A stretch of 64,000 nt of DNA from Octopus sinensis (taxonomy: Eukaryota). The notes under the pieces are model-generated. The model did no database searches. It saw nothing but the letters and a program-made list of their open reading frames with translations, and was not told the DNA's origin. Positions within the stretch are counted from its first letter, which is position 1. Every line of letters starts with the position of its first letter. Below, in pieces: positions 45,876-61,372 of this stretch. The position numbers were made by a program, and so were the translations under genes. Location: NCBI RefSeq assembly GCF_006345805.1, contig NC_043010.1, positions 5,394,001 through 5,458,000 of the forward strand, written 5' to 3'.

Positions 45876-45990
45876 CTTCTTCTTCTTCTTCTTCTTCTTC
45901 TTCTTCTTCTTCTTCTTCTTCTTCTTCTTCTTCTTCTTCTTCTTCTTCTTCTTCTTCTTCTCCTCCTCCTCTTCCTCCTCCTTCTTCTTC
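45876..45990. repeat. (TTC)n/(CTC)n microsatellite
   Basis: ~28 pure TTC units. Confidence 0.97.
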
Positions 45991-47185
45991 CAATCAGGAC
46001 TCACGCCATTAGCCACAAAGAATAATCTCTAATTTGAGCCTACTCTAAGCTACTAAGAATGCGTGTGGCAACTTGAAGATTCACCCACCACACACAATAG
46101 ACTGGCAATTGCATGGGCATGAAAGCTACGTTGTTATCCTCATTTCGTAAATGGTGGCTTTTAACGGGTGGAGAGCTGAACCATCCTTGGGTACAGAGGA
46201 TTCACAATCTAGACTATGGTCTGAAAGTTTACCACACCATAGTGGGTTACACCATGGTTCCTCTGGCAGAAGTAGGAAGAAAGAGTGAGAGTAAGTTGTG
46301 GTGAAAGAGTACAAGCTAAACCTTAAGCATACAGAACTCATGGTGGTAGTGAAGGAGTGAAATGGGTAGGTAGGTATTTTCGTGCATGTCTGATTCTTCT
46401 GCACAATAGACAAAGCTTCTATGTGGTTACATTGCATGCTAGAAATATCCCCCTTTGAGTTCTGTTCTACCAACTTAAAATGTGAACACATTGGATAATG
46501 TGATCGAGGGGCCCCTTGAATATAAAAAAAAAGACTAAATGGCCATGGATGGAATGCTTTTCCTCATGGGTCTGCTTGACCTGGACTGACTTGGAAGTAA
46601 ATAACAACAACAACAACATTTTCCTCTCTTCATAACAGACATACCTATCTACTAGTTTTCCTCCTCTATAACCACCATGACTTCTACATAACATTACACA
46701 GAACACTTTTGTCTTCTGACTTGGAAGTGCCAATAGTTTCCCTTTCCTTTCCAGCTATAGTTTTAATAACACATTTCCTGTACCCTAATAATAATCCAGT
46801 AGTATAAAGTGGGGATAGGAGGAATGATGGGGTGGAGGTAATGCCTTTATGGGGATAGCACTTTTGAGTCTTCTGTATAAACCAGTATAAGCTGGCAGCC
46901 ATGGGGCTAGGATGGGAGGCAAGCTCAATGATTACTATGGGCGCCCAGATTCTAACTCCATCATTGTATTAATCATTGAATTAATGTTTACTTTTCCTTC
47001 ACAACATGGATTTTATTAATTAATAATATTTTTTCCTCACAGCATTGGATACGATATCCCTAACTCTACTATTTATATTACAATTTGATAGTAACCTAAT
47101 TCTAAAAATTAATTTAAGTCTTGTTTTACGCCATTAAAATAGATGCCATGAAGCCTTGTGGTTTAGTGGTGAGACTATTTAGGTG

Positions 47186-47596
47186 TAGCAGTGGCTGTGT
47201 GGTAAGTAGCTTGCTTACCAACCACATAGTTCTGGGTTCAGTCCCACTGCATGGCACCTTGGGCAAGTGTCTTCTACTATAGTCTCAGGCCGACCAAAGC
47301 CTTGTGAGTGTATTTGGTAGATGGAAACTGAAAGAAGCTCGTCGTATATATGTATATATATGTATGTGTATGTGTGTATGTTTTTGTGTGTGTGTTTGTC
47401 CCTTGAACATAGCTTGACAACCAATGCTGGTGTGTTTCCTCCCCTGTAACTTAGAGGTTCAGCAAAAAAGAACCGATAGAATAAGTACTAAGCTTTCAAA
47501 GAATAAGTTCTGGGTCGATTAGCTTGACTAAAGGCGGTGCCCCAGCATGGCCACAGTCAAATGACGGAAACAAGTAAAGAGTAAAGTGTAAAGAGT
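47186..47596 (+). mobile_element. Family B SINE
   Basis: Head, CORE-like part, internal microsatellite and GTAAAGAGT tail. Confidence 0.9.
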
Positions 47597-47927
47597 CACT
47601 ATATTCTACAGAAGATTAATTGTAAGTAATAACAATATTATTGTCCATAAATGTCTTTGAAAATAATATGAAGAACACACAGCTTAAGGACTATGAATAA
47701 CTTTCAGAAATCTTTGACCTAGGAGTGCTGCTACCAAGGAACATGTCCCGTTTGGTATAAACTCTCCAGACATGGCAATGTCATTAGTACGTCCAGTCCA
47801 AGATACATGTAAAGTGACCAGACCATTCTACATGCATTTGTTGAGTGTCTGAAAATTGCTGATTTTTAGCATTGTAGGTGCACATGTGGTGCCTTTGTGT
47901 GTGTGCATATATATATATATATATATT

Positions 47928-48180
47928 GGTGGCACGTAAAAAGCATCATCCGTCCATGGCCATTTGCCAGCTCCATCTGGCACCTGTGCGGGTGGCACGT
48001 AAAAAGCACCCACTACACTCATGGAGTGGTTGGCGTTAGGAAGGGCATCCAGCTGTAGAAACACTGCCAGATCAGACTGGAGCCTGGTGCAGCCACCTGG
48101 CTTCACAGACCCCAGTTGAACCGTCCAACCCATGCTAGCATGGAGAACGGACGTTAAACGATGATGACGATGATGATGAT
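47928..48180 (+). mobile_element. RTE-type LINE 3' end
   Basis: Two GGCACGTAAAAAGCA units, conserved UTR and (GAT)n tail, set within TA repeats. Confidence 0.88.
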
Positions 48181-48371
48181 ATATATATATATATATATAT
48201 ATGTTATGTCCTACATCTGTAATTGCTTGTTGGACAGATCCAGATATCAAATGAATCATCACGAGAATTGCCCTGCAACCTTTCTTTAGTTGGGTTATAC
48301 AATTAGTTACTTTCTGTCTGGTGGCTATTAAGAAAGAGATTGTGTACCACTTTAGCATGGGATCTGCTCTT

Positions 48372-48645
48372 TAGCCTATTCCTAACTCTAACTCTAACCT
48401 AAACTCTAACCCTAACCATATACCTTGACCCTAAACTCTAATCCTAACCATATACCTTGACCCTAAACTCTAATCCTAACCATATACCTTGACCCTAAAC
48501 TCTAACCCTAACCATATAACTTGACCCTAAACTCTAACCCTAACCATATACCTTGACCCTAAACTCTAACCCTAACCATATACCTTGACCCTAAACTCTA
48601 ATCCTAACCACAGCCTTAACCTTAACCCTTAGTCTAACCCTAATT
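48372..48645. repeat. 32-bp minisatellite built from telomere-like CCCTAA variants
   Basis: Unit CTAAACTCTAACCCTAACCATATACCTTGACC, ~6.5 near-identical copies, with degenerate hexamer flanks. Confidence 0.92.
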
Positions 48646-50107
48646 CAGATCAGGTCATTTTACAGTGTAGATCATGGATTCTATGGCAGACTGCATGTTA
48701 AGTAGCCCCAGAAATTGTATGATGGCATGGTGGACAAGAATGAAAAGGACTTATCAACTCCTTCAAGTTTCTATTGGAGAGGAAGGAGAGGTGGAAAGAA
48801 AGTGCATGTACTGAGAGACAAGTAAGGTAATGAAAATAGCTTGCTTGAAGGGGCCAACTCTCATATGTACACGCAAACCAAAAGTACAGCTGGGAAAGAG
48901 CATTTACCCTTGGACAGTAAGGAATAATCATGGATCTGTAGGGTACCTTGATTGGTTGTGTGGTGGTCCCCTTTTTTTAGATGTTATATTTTATTCCGTT
49001 CCTTTGTATATTGTTGTTTTCCATGCCTGTTTCTTCCATTATCAGTTCTCTGTAGATTCTTACTATATTTTTTTGAGATTTTTCCTTGCAATGCACCTTC
49101 ATCCATTGTCATTGTAGAAAATATTTTTTTTAAAAAAGTTCATTATTGCTTTTTTTTCAAAATGCTCCATAATTTTCATACATTATCTCTCTTAAAAAGA
49201 TTTTTCTAATCCTGTTTTTCTGATTGCTTATTCATTTTTCTTTTTCTTTTCTTTTCCTTCCTTCTCTTTCTGTTTTGCATTTATATCTCATTCTTACATA
49301 ATAGTGTTGTTATCGTTGTATCTTCATCATGATAATACTCTTCTCTTGTTTTTCCTGGCACAATAGGTGATATAATGATTACTTTATAACCTATTTTTAT
49401 CACCCTACCACCCTACTTTGCTGTTTTTCCTTTCTTAACTTCTACTATATTATTTATTATTATTATTCATGCATCTCCTGCTTTATGAGTGTGATTTAAA
49501 AAATAATATTGTTTCAAGTTATTGAGGTCTGATATCTTTCCATATATTATTTCCTGCAAATTGTCTCTCTTTTTTTTTCTTCTTTTTTTTTTTGCTCATT
49601 TTCTTTCTTTATTCCCCCTTAGAATTATCATTTCTTTTCAAGGATCAATTTTGCTAATCATATCTTGAAATTCCCCAAAACAAATTATCTTTTTTTAAGG
49701 ATTATAGCATATGCTACTCAATTTGTGAAAATACATAAAAACAGGAATGTACATTATACATAATACCCATAAATTTGTTTTTTTTCTTTCATATTTACAA
49801 TCACAAATTATATTGTGGATTAATTTCATATCAGTATAAAATGTTAACTCCTAATATCACATCTTTAAAAAAAATAGGAAGTTTGGAATTGAATAGAACT
49901 ATGACATAATTTTCCATTTTTTCTCTTTTTTTTTTTTCCTCATATTTTTCCTCATATGAATCAAAACAAACTGGAGTGTTCACATCTAAAACCATGTAAA
50001 ATATGTATTTTTAGTAATCAGTGTAAACTAAATAACTAAATAACTAACAGATATAATTGCTGAATTGTTATTGTGGATAAAACTTTGCTAACTTTGTGAA
50101 GGTGCAC

Positions 50108-50340
50108 AGTCCAGGGGTTAGAATGTTGTGATCGTAATTGGAAGATCATGGCTTTAATTCCTGGACTTGGTGGTGCATAGCGTTCTTGGACAAAACACTT
50201 CATTTCAAGCTGCTCCAGTTGACTTGGCCAGAAAATTAGTAACCCTGTGAAGGACTGGTGACCCCTTCAGGGCAATGCTTTAACCCCCTGTCACTTATAC
50301 ACTGTGGAAACTGGATAACCAGCCCTGTTAGTCTTAGGAC
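50108..50340 (+). mobile_element. tRNA/CORE/V-like SINE, degenerate (same family as 5283-5515)
   Basis: TTCTTGGACAAAACACTTCATTTC..AGTAACCCTGTGAAGGACTGG. Confidence 0.6.
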
Positions 50341-50548
50341 TCGAGATCCTACTTGCTTGTCAACTTCATCGTGAAGAAATGTGCAAGTTTTATGGATTAC
50401 AAAGTAAATCACTGCATTTTTAACATGTCAACTGTCATTAAAGGAAAAGAACAGAGAGAGAAATGAAGAGAGAAAGGGAAAGAGGAGGAGAGAAAGAGAA
50501 GAAGAAAGAGAATGGGAGAGAGTGAACATATTTATATTCATTACATAG

Positions 50549-51088
50549 ACATGGGATGAAGTGGTGAAGCATGACCTTCGAACGTTGGGCCTCACAGAGG
50601 CAATGACGAAAGACTGAGACCTCTGGAGATATGCTGTGACTGTGAAGACCTGGCAAATAAAGTGAGTTCACAGCTGTAACCTACACCAGTGGTGCATAAC
50701 CAGCCCCAGCCCACTCAAAAGTACCTTGGATCGTAGGGCAACATGCTGTGCCAGGGCGACATGCTGTACTTGAAGAGACCTATTGAGTCAATTACATCAA
50801 AATCAAATAGAAATTTTAGTTGTGATCCCTGTGCCAATGGCATGTAAAAAGCACCAACTGATCGGGGTTGTTGCCAGCCTCCTCTGGCCCCTGTGCTGGT
50901 GGCATGTAAAAAGCACCCATTACACTCTCAGAGTGGTTGGCATTACGAAGGGCATCCAGCTGTAGAAAACCTGGCAGATCAGACTGGAACCTGGTGCAGC
51001 CTCCTGGCTTCCCAGATCCCAGTCGAACCGTCCAACCCATGCCAGCATGGAAAACGGACGTTAAACGATGATGATGATGATGATGACA
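50549..51088 (+). mobile_element. RTE-type LINE 3' fragment: ORF end plus complete 3' UTR
   Basis: TWDEVVKHDLRTLGLTEAMTKD*DLWRYAV runs into the UTR shared by all the short copies, then (GAT)n. Confidence 0.88.
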
Positions 51089-51230
51089 TGTAGATGCATG
51101 CATGTATACATTATATATATACATGTATGTATGTGTGTTTATGTATATATGTATGTATATGAGTGCATGTACAGCGGTGCGTCAGCATGGCCGCAGCTCT
51201 GAGCTGAAACTAAAAAGAAAAAGAAAAAAA

Positions 51231-51263
<33 letters not shown>

Positions 51264-51487
51264 TATTTGCATATGTGTGTTCTGTGTTTTGTGTATGTGT
51301 GTATATATATGTCCCTATATGTTTCTCTGCATCTTTTTTAATCTTATACATGTCAGACAGGAAAATTTAAGAAAAAACGAATGACATTATGTATAATAAA
51401 AACATATATACAATAAATAATTCATTTTTGACAACTTTATTTTTACACAAATGTGTGTGCGTGTTTCTATGTGTAACTGCACGGATC

Positions 51488-51519
<32 letters not shown>

Positions 51520-52247
51520 CATATGACCGTGGGTATTTATAAATATAAAACGTGTATTTTTTATTAATTTTTTTGCATCTGTGTTTAAATACTTCTAAAT
51601 CTTTCCTCTCTGAGTATGGTTGACTGATCAGATGTCAATAACTTCTTGTGTCACTTTACTCTCAAGTAACTCTGTTTAACTCTATCAAGTGCCAGACTCT
51701 TAGGTCAAAACAACATTTTACAAAATACCAAAGGAAGTCTTCAACTACTGATATATTGAATCTATGATGGAGTCTATATATAGTTGAGCATCTTTCTAGA
51801 AACATCACCCTACTGTACTACAAATAAAAATGATGACAAACACAATATATTAAAAGATAATACCAACCCGGCTGAAACCGTCTCTGGCTCTATAATACAA
51901 ATGTCTTGTTTACATAAATTCTGAATTAAAGTTTCCACTAAACCTTAGTCACAATTTATGTTCCTAACCCCAGCTTAATGACAGCTTAGTTATTTTACTA
52001 AATTCTTTATTATGCTTAAAATTAATTGAAACAAACACAAAGTATCTCAAAATAAATACAGTAACGAAAGGGTTAAATGACATGACAGCCAAGGCCCTGA
52101 CAGACTTTGATCATAGATCTAACTGATAAGGGCTGAACTGAAGCTAATAATAAATACCATGAACCGGTAGTAGAGCTGGTGGGTTGAACGTTCCACTGTG
52201 GGCAACTCTTGTATAGGGATGGCAATTTTGGGTCTGCTGTATAACCT

Positions 52248-52459
52248 GGTATCAGGACAAAATTCCCCTGGACAAATTTTAAAGAAAAATATCAACAAAT
52301 AAATATTTGATATTATTTTATAAAATTTCACCTTCCTAAAAACATTTTTATTGTAAAGAAAGAACAATATTCCGGAGGATATTGACTGCCAGGGAATTTT
52401 GCACTGGGGAATTTTATCCGTTGGGGATTTTGTCCTTGGGGGAATTTTGTACCATGTAA
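52248..52459. mobile_element. Foldback/MITE-like element with reiterated subterminal inverted motifs
   Basis: Left GGACAAAATTCCCCTGGACAAA; right has four GGG(G)AATTTT/GGGGATTTTGTCC motifs ending GGAATTTTGTACC. Confidence 0.6.
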
Positions 52460-52796
52460 CACTATATAACAGGCAGAATCGGTAATTCAAGAGCCACCAT
52501 GGACAACACACCTTCTAGCTAGGCTGTGGCCATCAACAACTTATCAACACATCAGCATACCTTTATGTAATCTATTGACTTGCTATAACAGTAATCTCTT
52601 TTAAATCATACTTTAAACTTATAATCATTAGTCTGCTTGATCAGTGCTAACCTATGATGAACAGCTAAAAATCAATACTGATAATTAGAGAGCATACAGG
52701 GTAGCCTGTATATAAGTCTTGCTATAAATAGCTGCCAGGCTCTCTTAAATCATGTCCTAACACCTTTGATCATAAGTCTATGAGATTAGGGAGCAG

Positions 52797-53092
52797 CATC
52801 ATCATCATCATCATCATTTAGCGTCCGCTTTCCATGATAGCATGGGTTGGACGGTTCAACTGGGGTCTGTGAAGTCAGAAGGCTGCATCAGGCCCAGTCT
52901 GATCTGGCAGTGTTTCTACGGCTGGATGCCCTTCCTAATGCCAACCATTCCGTGAGTGTAGTGGGTGCTTTTTACGTGCCACCTGCACAGGTGCCAGGCG
53001 AGGCTGGCAACGGCCACAAACGGATGGTGCTACATGCCACCGGCACGGGGGCCAGGCGAGGCTGGCAACGGACACGAGGCTGGCAACCTGGG
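52797..53092 (-). mobile_element. RTE-type LINE 3' end
   Basis: (CAT)n tail, conserved UTR and partial repeat units. Confidence 0.85.
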
Positions 53093-53821
53093 GCTAAAAA
53101 AACCTACAAGAACTATTGATCTAAAATTATGATTTGCTGAAAAGATAGATGTCCTCTTTAACACCGGGAAATATATAAAGCAACTACATAAGTCAAAAGT
53201 GTAAATCTTACTTCAGATAAGATACTTGTCTGTTGCAATGTGAATTCCTTGAAGGACTGGCATCTATTTTCCATATTTAATTGAGCTGCCAAATCATAGA
53301 TGATGTGAATGCAATTTATACAAAGTCAAGAAAGCACCTAGAAAATTCTTCATGTGTCATTTAGAAGTTATTGCTGGCATTGATTCAAAACTCAGGTCGG
53401 TCTATCAAGGGCTTTTTTGCCCCAAACCAGCTAGCTGCTCTATATATCTAGGGCTACAGTGCTTGATGAGTCCTTCATCAGATGAATATTTATTGGTGCG
53501 GCATTGTTTACACTTGGATGCTCTTCCAGTTGCTAACACATAAGCTGTTTTTTCAAATAAGGGAGTTTTGATGCCATGCTAGGAATATCATTCCGAGAGT
53601 GTATTCCAAATGAATTAATTTGAGAACAGATTACGGTAAATGATGTGTTTGCAGTATACTGAAATCACAAGTTCAGAAGTGTCACAGACAGCAAGGAGAT
53701 CTGTGCAGTTGTTGAGTGGTGATATCCAAGAGATCAGAGAAGGCCACTCTGAAAGCCTCCACAACAATGCGAAGATGATTTAATCAAACAATTTCGGACA
53801 ACATAGAAAGGAATGACACAA

Positions 53822-53914
53822 TCAAGAAACAATTGGAAGCACATTGTGGATCTTGAAAATGTCTATTGAGGCCTCTGTTAGATTTGCAGAAATTATGGCA
53901 TATATGGCATTGAT

Positions 53915-53915
<1 letters not shown>
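53822..53915 (-). pseudogene. Frameshifted C2H2 zinc finger, LINE C-terminal type
   Basis: HQCHICHNFCKSNRGLNRHF then a +1 shift to FKIHNVLPIVS*. The CxxC..CxSxxGLxxH pattern is typical of LINE ORF ends. Confidence 0.6.
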
Positions 53916-53955
<40 letters not shown>

Positions 53956-53974
53956 CACACAAACACACACACAA

Positions 53975-54033
<59 letters not shown>

Positions 54034-54460
54034 CACAAACACACACATACACACACAAACACACACACACACAAACACACACATGCATATATAGTTAGAT
54101 AGATAGATAGAGAGAGAGAGAGAGATTGATAGATACATACATACATATATACATACATACATACATACATACATACATACATACATACATACATACATAC
54201 ATACACACATACATACATACATACATACATACATACATACATACATACATACATACATACATACACACATACATACATACATACACACATACATACTACA
54301 TACATACATACATACATACATTCATACATACATACATACATACATACCATACATACATACATCATACATACATACATATATACATACATACATACATACA
54401 TACATACATACATACATACATACATACATACATACATACATACATACATACATACATACA
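53916..54460. repeat. (CA)n-(AGAT)-(ACAT)n compound microsatellite
   Basis: Directly visible. Confidence 0.97.
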
Positions 54461-55299
54461 TGATGCAGACAATGCAAAATACACATAAATACATACAGCA
54501 GGCTTATACACAATTTCTGTCAACAAAATTCTACCCTTGAAGCTTTGGTCGATCTTACACTATAAAATAAATATATATATATACCCCAATAAGCCATCAA
54601 CTGGCATCAAACTCAGAACCACAAAGTAGACAGAATTCTTTAACCACACAAAAAGCTATTTTCTTTTTCAGTTACGATTTTCGAAATCACGAAAGAAGAG
54701 ATAATCTTTCATCTATAGACAGACACCTATCTACAGACAGACTCCTATCAATAAAATATATTTAATTAGATTGATACCTATCAACTGTTTCCCATGTGAA
54801 TTTCACTAAAAATATATTACACATAACATTAAATTGCTATGAGCTTTCAGTTAGTACACATTCCATTTAAACATCTTACAAGCTAGCGCCATTTCTACAA
54901 TCTCACATTCTAAATTCAGAACACATTTGTATTTCTATTCTCTTTACTGGAAATGGCATTTGATTGAAAAAGTGCTGCTTTGAAATATTACTGTTTTTAA
55001 AAATGTATATGTTGTTTTAGAAAAAGTTTGGAACGGAAATGTTATATTTATTTTGAACTTTACTAAATTATTTTATTTTTTTATTTTATATTACAATTTG
55101 TGAAGAATAGCATTGTTGGTTATAAGTTTTGAATAGGGCAATCGCTGCTTCACCACTTTTCTGACAGGGAAAGTGACAAGGGACCACTGTGTACTGGTGC
55201 AAAGGATTTCATTCTTGTAAAGAAATTCGTTTGAAAAGCATCAAGCGTCAGATTTTTGAAAGTGTTTATATCCTTTGTTGATACAAATTAATGCATATA

Positions 55300-55998
55300 T
55301 GTATGTATGTATTTATGTATATATGTATGTAAGTATGTATGTATGTATGTATGATGTATGTATGTATGTATGTATGTATGTATGTATGCATGCATGCATG
55401 CATGTATGTATGTATGTATGTATGTATGTATGTATGTATGTATGTATGTATGCATGTATGTATGTATGTAAGTATGTATGTATGTATGAATGTATGTATG
55501 TATGTATATATGTATGTATGTATGTATATATGTATGCATGTATGTATGTATGTATGTATGCATGCATGTATGTATGTATGTATGTATGTATGTATGCATG
55601 TATGTATGTATGTATGTATGTATGCATGTATGTATATATGTATGCCTGTATGTATGTATGTATGTATGTATGTATGTATGTATGCCTGTATGTATGTATG
55701 CATGTATGTATGTATGTATGTATATATGTATGTATGTATGTATATATGTATGCATGTATGTATGTATGTATGCATGCATGCATGTATGTATGTATGTATG
55801 TATGTATGTATGCATGTATGTATGTATGTATGTATGCATGTATGTATGTATGTATGAATGTATGTATGTGTGTGTAAGTATGTGTGCATGTGTGTATATT
55901 TGTATGTAATTATGTATGCATGCATGCATATGCATCAGTGTGTTTGTGTGTGTGTGTGTGTATATATATTTACATATATATGTGTGTGTGTGTGTGTA
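55300..55998. repeat. (ATGT)n-(GT)n compound microsatellite
   Basis: Directly visible, with internal higher-order reiteration of variant units. Confidence 0.97.
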
Positions 55999-56236
55999 TA
56001 AAATTAATCAAAGGACATACTAAGTATATCTCCCTGCTGGAAATAACAGTCAAAGCTCTTATTTAAATCACCAAAATTGTTACACTAGATAATAACAAAG
56101 TTTGTCTAGAATTATTTGCTCCATATTGAATTTTGGAATTTATTTTTTCAAGAATTCTATTTTTGAATCATTTTGGAATCTATTTTTTTTATATAGTTAA
56201 TTTTAGTCAATTTTTGTTTATTTTCAGATCATTAAA

Positions 56237-56584
56237 ATGGAATGTCAAGTTAAGAAAAATGTGCATTTTCAACACCTTCTTTTTGCTTTTAATCAAGGTT
56301 CTAAGGCCGCAAAAACTTCTTGTGACATTTGTGTTGTGTATGGAGAGGGTACCATAGCTGAAAGAACCACTCGTGATTGGTATGCCAAGTTCAAAAATGG
56401 AAATTTTGATCTCAAAGACGCACCTCATTCCGGCCGTCCAGCTGAGATCGATGAAGAGCGATTAAACCAACTTTTGCATGAAAATTCTCATCAAATGCCA
56501 AGGAAACTGACAGAGAAAATGGAATGCCCCCACACTGCTATAGAGAAGGATCTTCAGTCTATGGGAAAGGTTCCAAATTACTAG
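56237..56584 (+). pseudogene. Mariner transposase N-terminal (HTH) fragment, truncated by a SINE fragment
   Basis: MECQVKKNVHFQHLLFAFNQGSKAA..ICVVYGEGTIAERTTRDWYAKFKNGNFDLKDAPHSGRP carries the W..KF..G.F.L.D..RSGRP signature. No DD34D catalytic part. Confidence 0.92.
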
Positions 56585-56959
56585 GCTTCGAAAGAATAAG
56601 TCCTGGGAGACGATCTGCTCGACTAAACGCGGTGCTCCAGCAAGGCCGTAACTGGAACCCTTATCTTTGTAACTGACAGAGTGCCAGTTTATCTTCAGCA
56701 TAACAGAAGACACATAACTAAAGTGCAATGCAACGGGATTTTGAATACAGAACCACATTGGTGTATAACAAATTTCTTTGCCACACAGCTATCGTTGTGC
56801 TCAGAGTGATAAATCCAACATTTCAAATGAAACCAGTTTACAGCAGAGATAGAAATATAACAACAACAAAAAAATACAAAATAACTTCTGTCTATAAACT
56901 TAAGTTCATGGAAATTTACCCAGGTCACAATATATCTTCTTAATTACCAGATACTCTAC

Positions 56960-59335
<2,376 letters not shown>

Positions 59336-59740
59336 GAAAACGAAGAGGTGAGTGGAGATTAATTCACATCTAAAAATTTTTATTAAAAATGTTTTCTACA
59401 GCATATGTAACAATGACCAACATATATTTCAACTGCAGCCACTGCACATTGCTCTGTATGCAATGATGCATCCCAGTCACTGCAATTTCATCAAGGGTCC
59501 ATCACTTACGATGTGTTTATCTACATTACTTCCTCTCTCTTCTTATATATAAATTTGTATGTATATAAGAAGTTGATCAAAAAGTCTGTTCAGTTTTTGT
59601 TGACACTAAACTTCATATGCTCTAATAAGCAGCCAACTTGAGTCTATCCCTTCAGTACATGCAATACTGGATACTTCAGGCCAACAGACACATATGTATT
59701 ATATGTGTTCCAGGGAAGTGAATTTTTTTCTCATTAACAG

Positions 59741-59793
59741 CCTGTTAACCAAAACTTAAAAGCAACCAAAAAGAAAATCTGACATAATGAATG
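59741..59793 (+). other. Candidate 53-nt exon with stops in all frames (phase 0: PVNQNLKATKKKI*)
   Basis: Acceptor TTTTTTTCTCATTAACAG, donor ATG|GTAAGC. Confidence 0.38.
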
Positions 59794-60116
59794 GTAAGCA
59801 GAATCTAATTTCGGTCTTTTCACTATTTTATACCCAATAACTTTTAAGAATCTCTGCTGCTTTAAGCAACATCTATAAATTAGGTTTGGGATTCATCAAA
59901 TGTTTCTAATGTTTGTTCTATAGTTTATGCAGTTTTTGACCAGAATTTCCGAGGTAGAGACTATAATTTCATTCTTTGAAGATCCATTTAGGATATTATA
60001 TATAACTAACTATTCTTTTACTGTTGTACATTCGCAATTTTCATAGATATGTGAATTCAAAGCAGTGAAAAGGAAGAGTTATTTGAGTATTGCCTTGCAA
60101 TATTTGTTCCAACTGA

Positions 60117-60465
60117 AAGATGGTGAGCTGGCAGAATCATTAACAGTCTAGGCAAAATTCTTAGTCACATTTTGCCTGTCCTTATATTCTGATTTCAAAT
60201 TTTGTTGAAGTCGACTTTGCCTAACATCTTCTCAGAGTTGATAATTAAGTACCAGTTGCACAGTGGGGTCGACGTAATCAATTTAGGCAAAATTCTTAGT
60301 CACATTTTCACCTGTCTTTACGCTCTGATTTCAAATTCTGCTGAAGTCGACTTTGCCTAACATCTTCTCAGAGTTGATAGATTAAGTACCAGTGGAACAG
60401 AGGGGTTGACATAATCAATTTACTCCCTCCCTGAAATTGCTGGCCTTGTGCCAAAATTTGAAACC
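60117..60465 (+). mobile_element. Family A SINE (A2 tail) with a local ~135-bp internal duplication
   Basis: Both bodies share the private variant GCCTAACATCTTCTCAGAGTTGAT. Confidence 0.85.
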
Positions 60466-61104
60466 AATATTTGTTCGAACCCTCTGAACTGCAAGTTCAA
60501 GATCCTGTTGAGACCAAATTTACCTCTCATTACTTTCATCATCACCATCATCATGTTAAAATCTACTTTTCCATGCATGCATCAGACAGCATTTATAGAG
60601 ACAAATTTTCTTCAACCGGGTGCCCTTCCTGTTGCCAATCCTCACCTATTTCCAAGCAAAGATAATATTCCCCACTGGCTTAACATGTTCATGCAGAATT
60701 TTGGAAACGAATGACACTGCTTGTATGACAATGACACTCATTTACAACTATCATATCATGCCAAAACAAAGAGATACAAACATACACATATACACTTACT
60801 CCTGTACACATGTACACACATATGTATGCATACTCACATACACACACATGCATGCACACATATTAAACTGGCTTTTTTCAGTTTCTCTCTTTTATGTCCA
60901 TTCACAAAGCTCTAGTCAGCCTGAAGATATAGTAAAATATACTTACCCAAGGTGTCACAGAGTGGGATTGAACTTAAAACCATGTGGTTGGGAAGTAAAC
61001 TTCTTAACCACACAGCCACCTCTGCACTAATTTGGGGGCTGATAATTAAAATGAAAATCATTCCAATTATGACCATCTTCTTTTTCTGTATATCAGGGAC
61101 TACA

Positions 61105-61209
61105 TTGTGTATGTGTGTGTGTGTGTGCATATACCTACATTCATAAATAAATACATTTATATATATATATATATATATATATTTATACATATATATATAT
61201 GTATGTATG

Positions 61210-61264
<55 letters not shown>

Positions 61265-61298
61265 ATATAGATATATAAATACATACATACGTACATAT

Positions 61299-61372
<74 letters not shown>

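Noticed and set aside
48700-48830. 37-codon open frame ending at a GTAAGG donor (KLYDGMVDKNEKDLSTPSSFYWRG..)
   Set aside because: No credible acceptor, and the purine-rich sequence looks like decayed TE.
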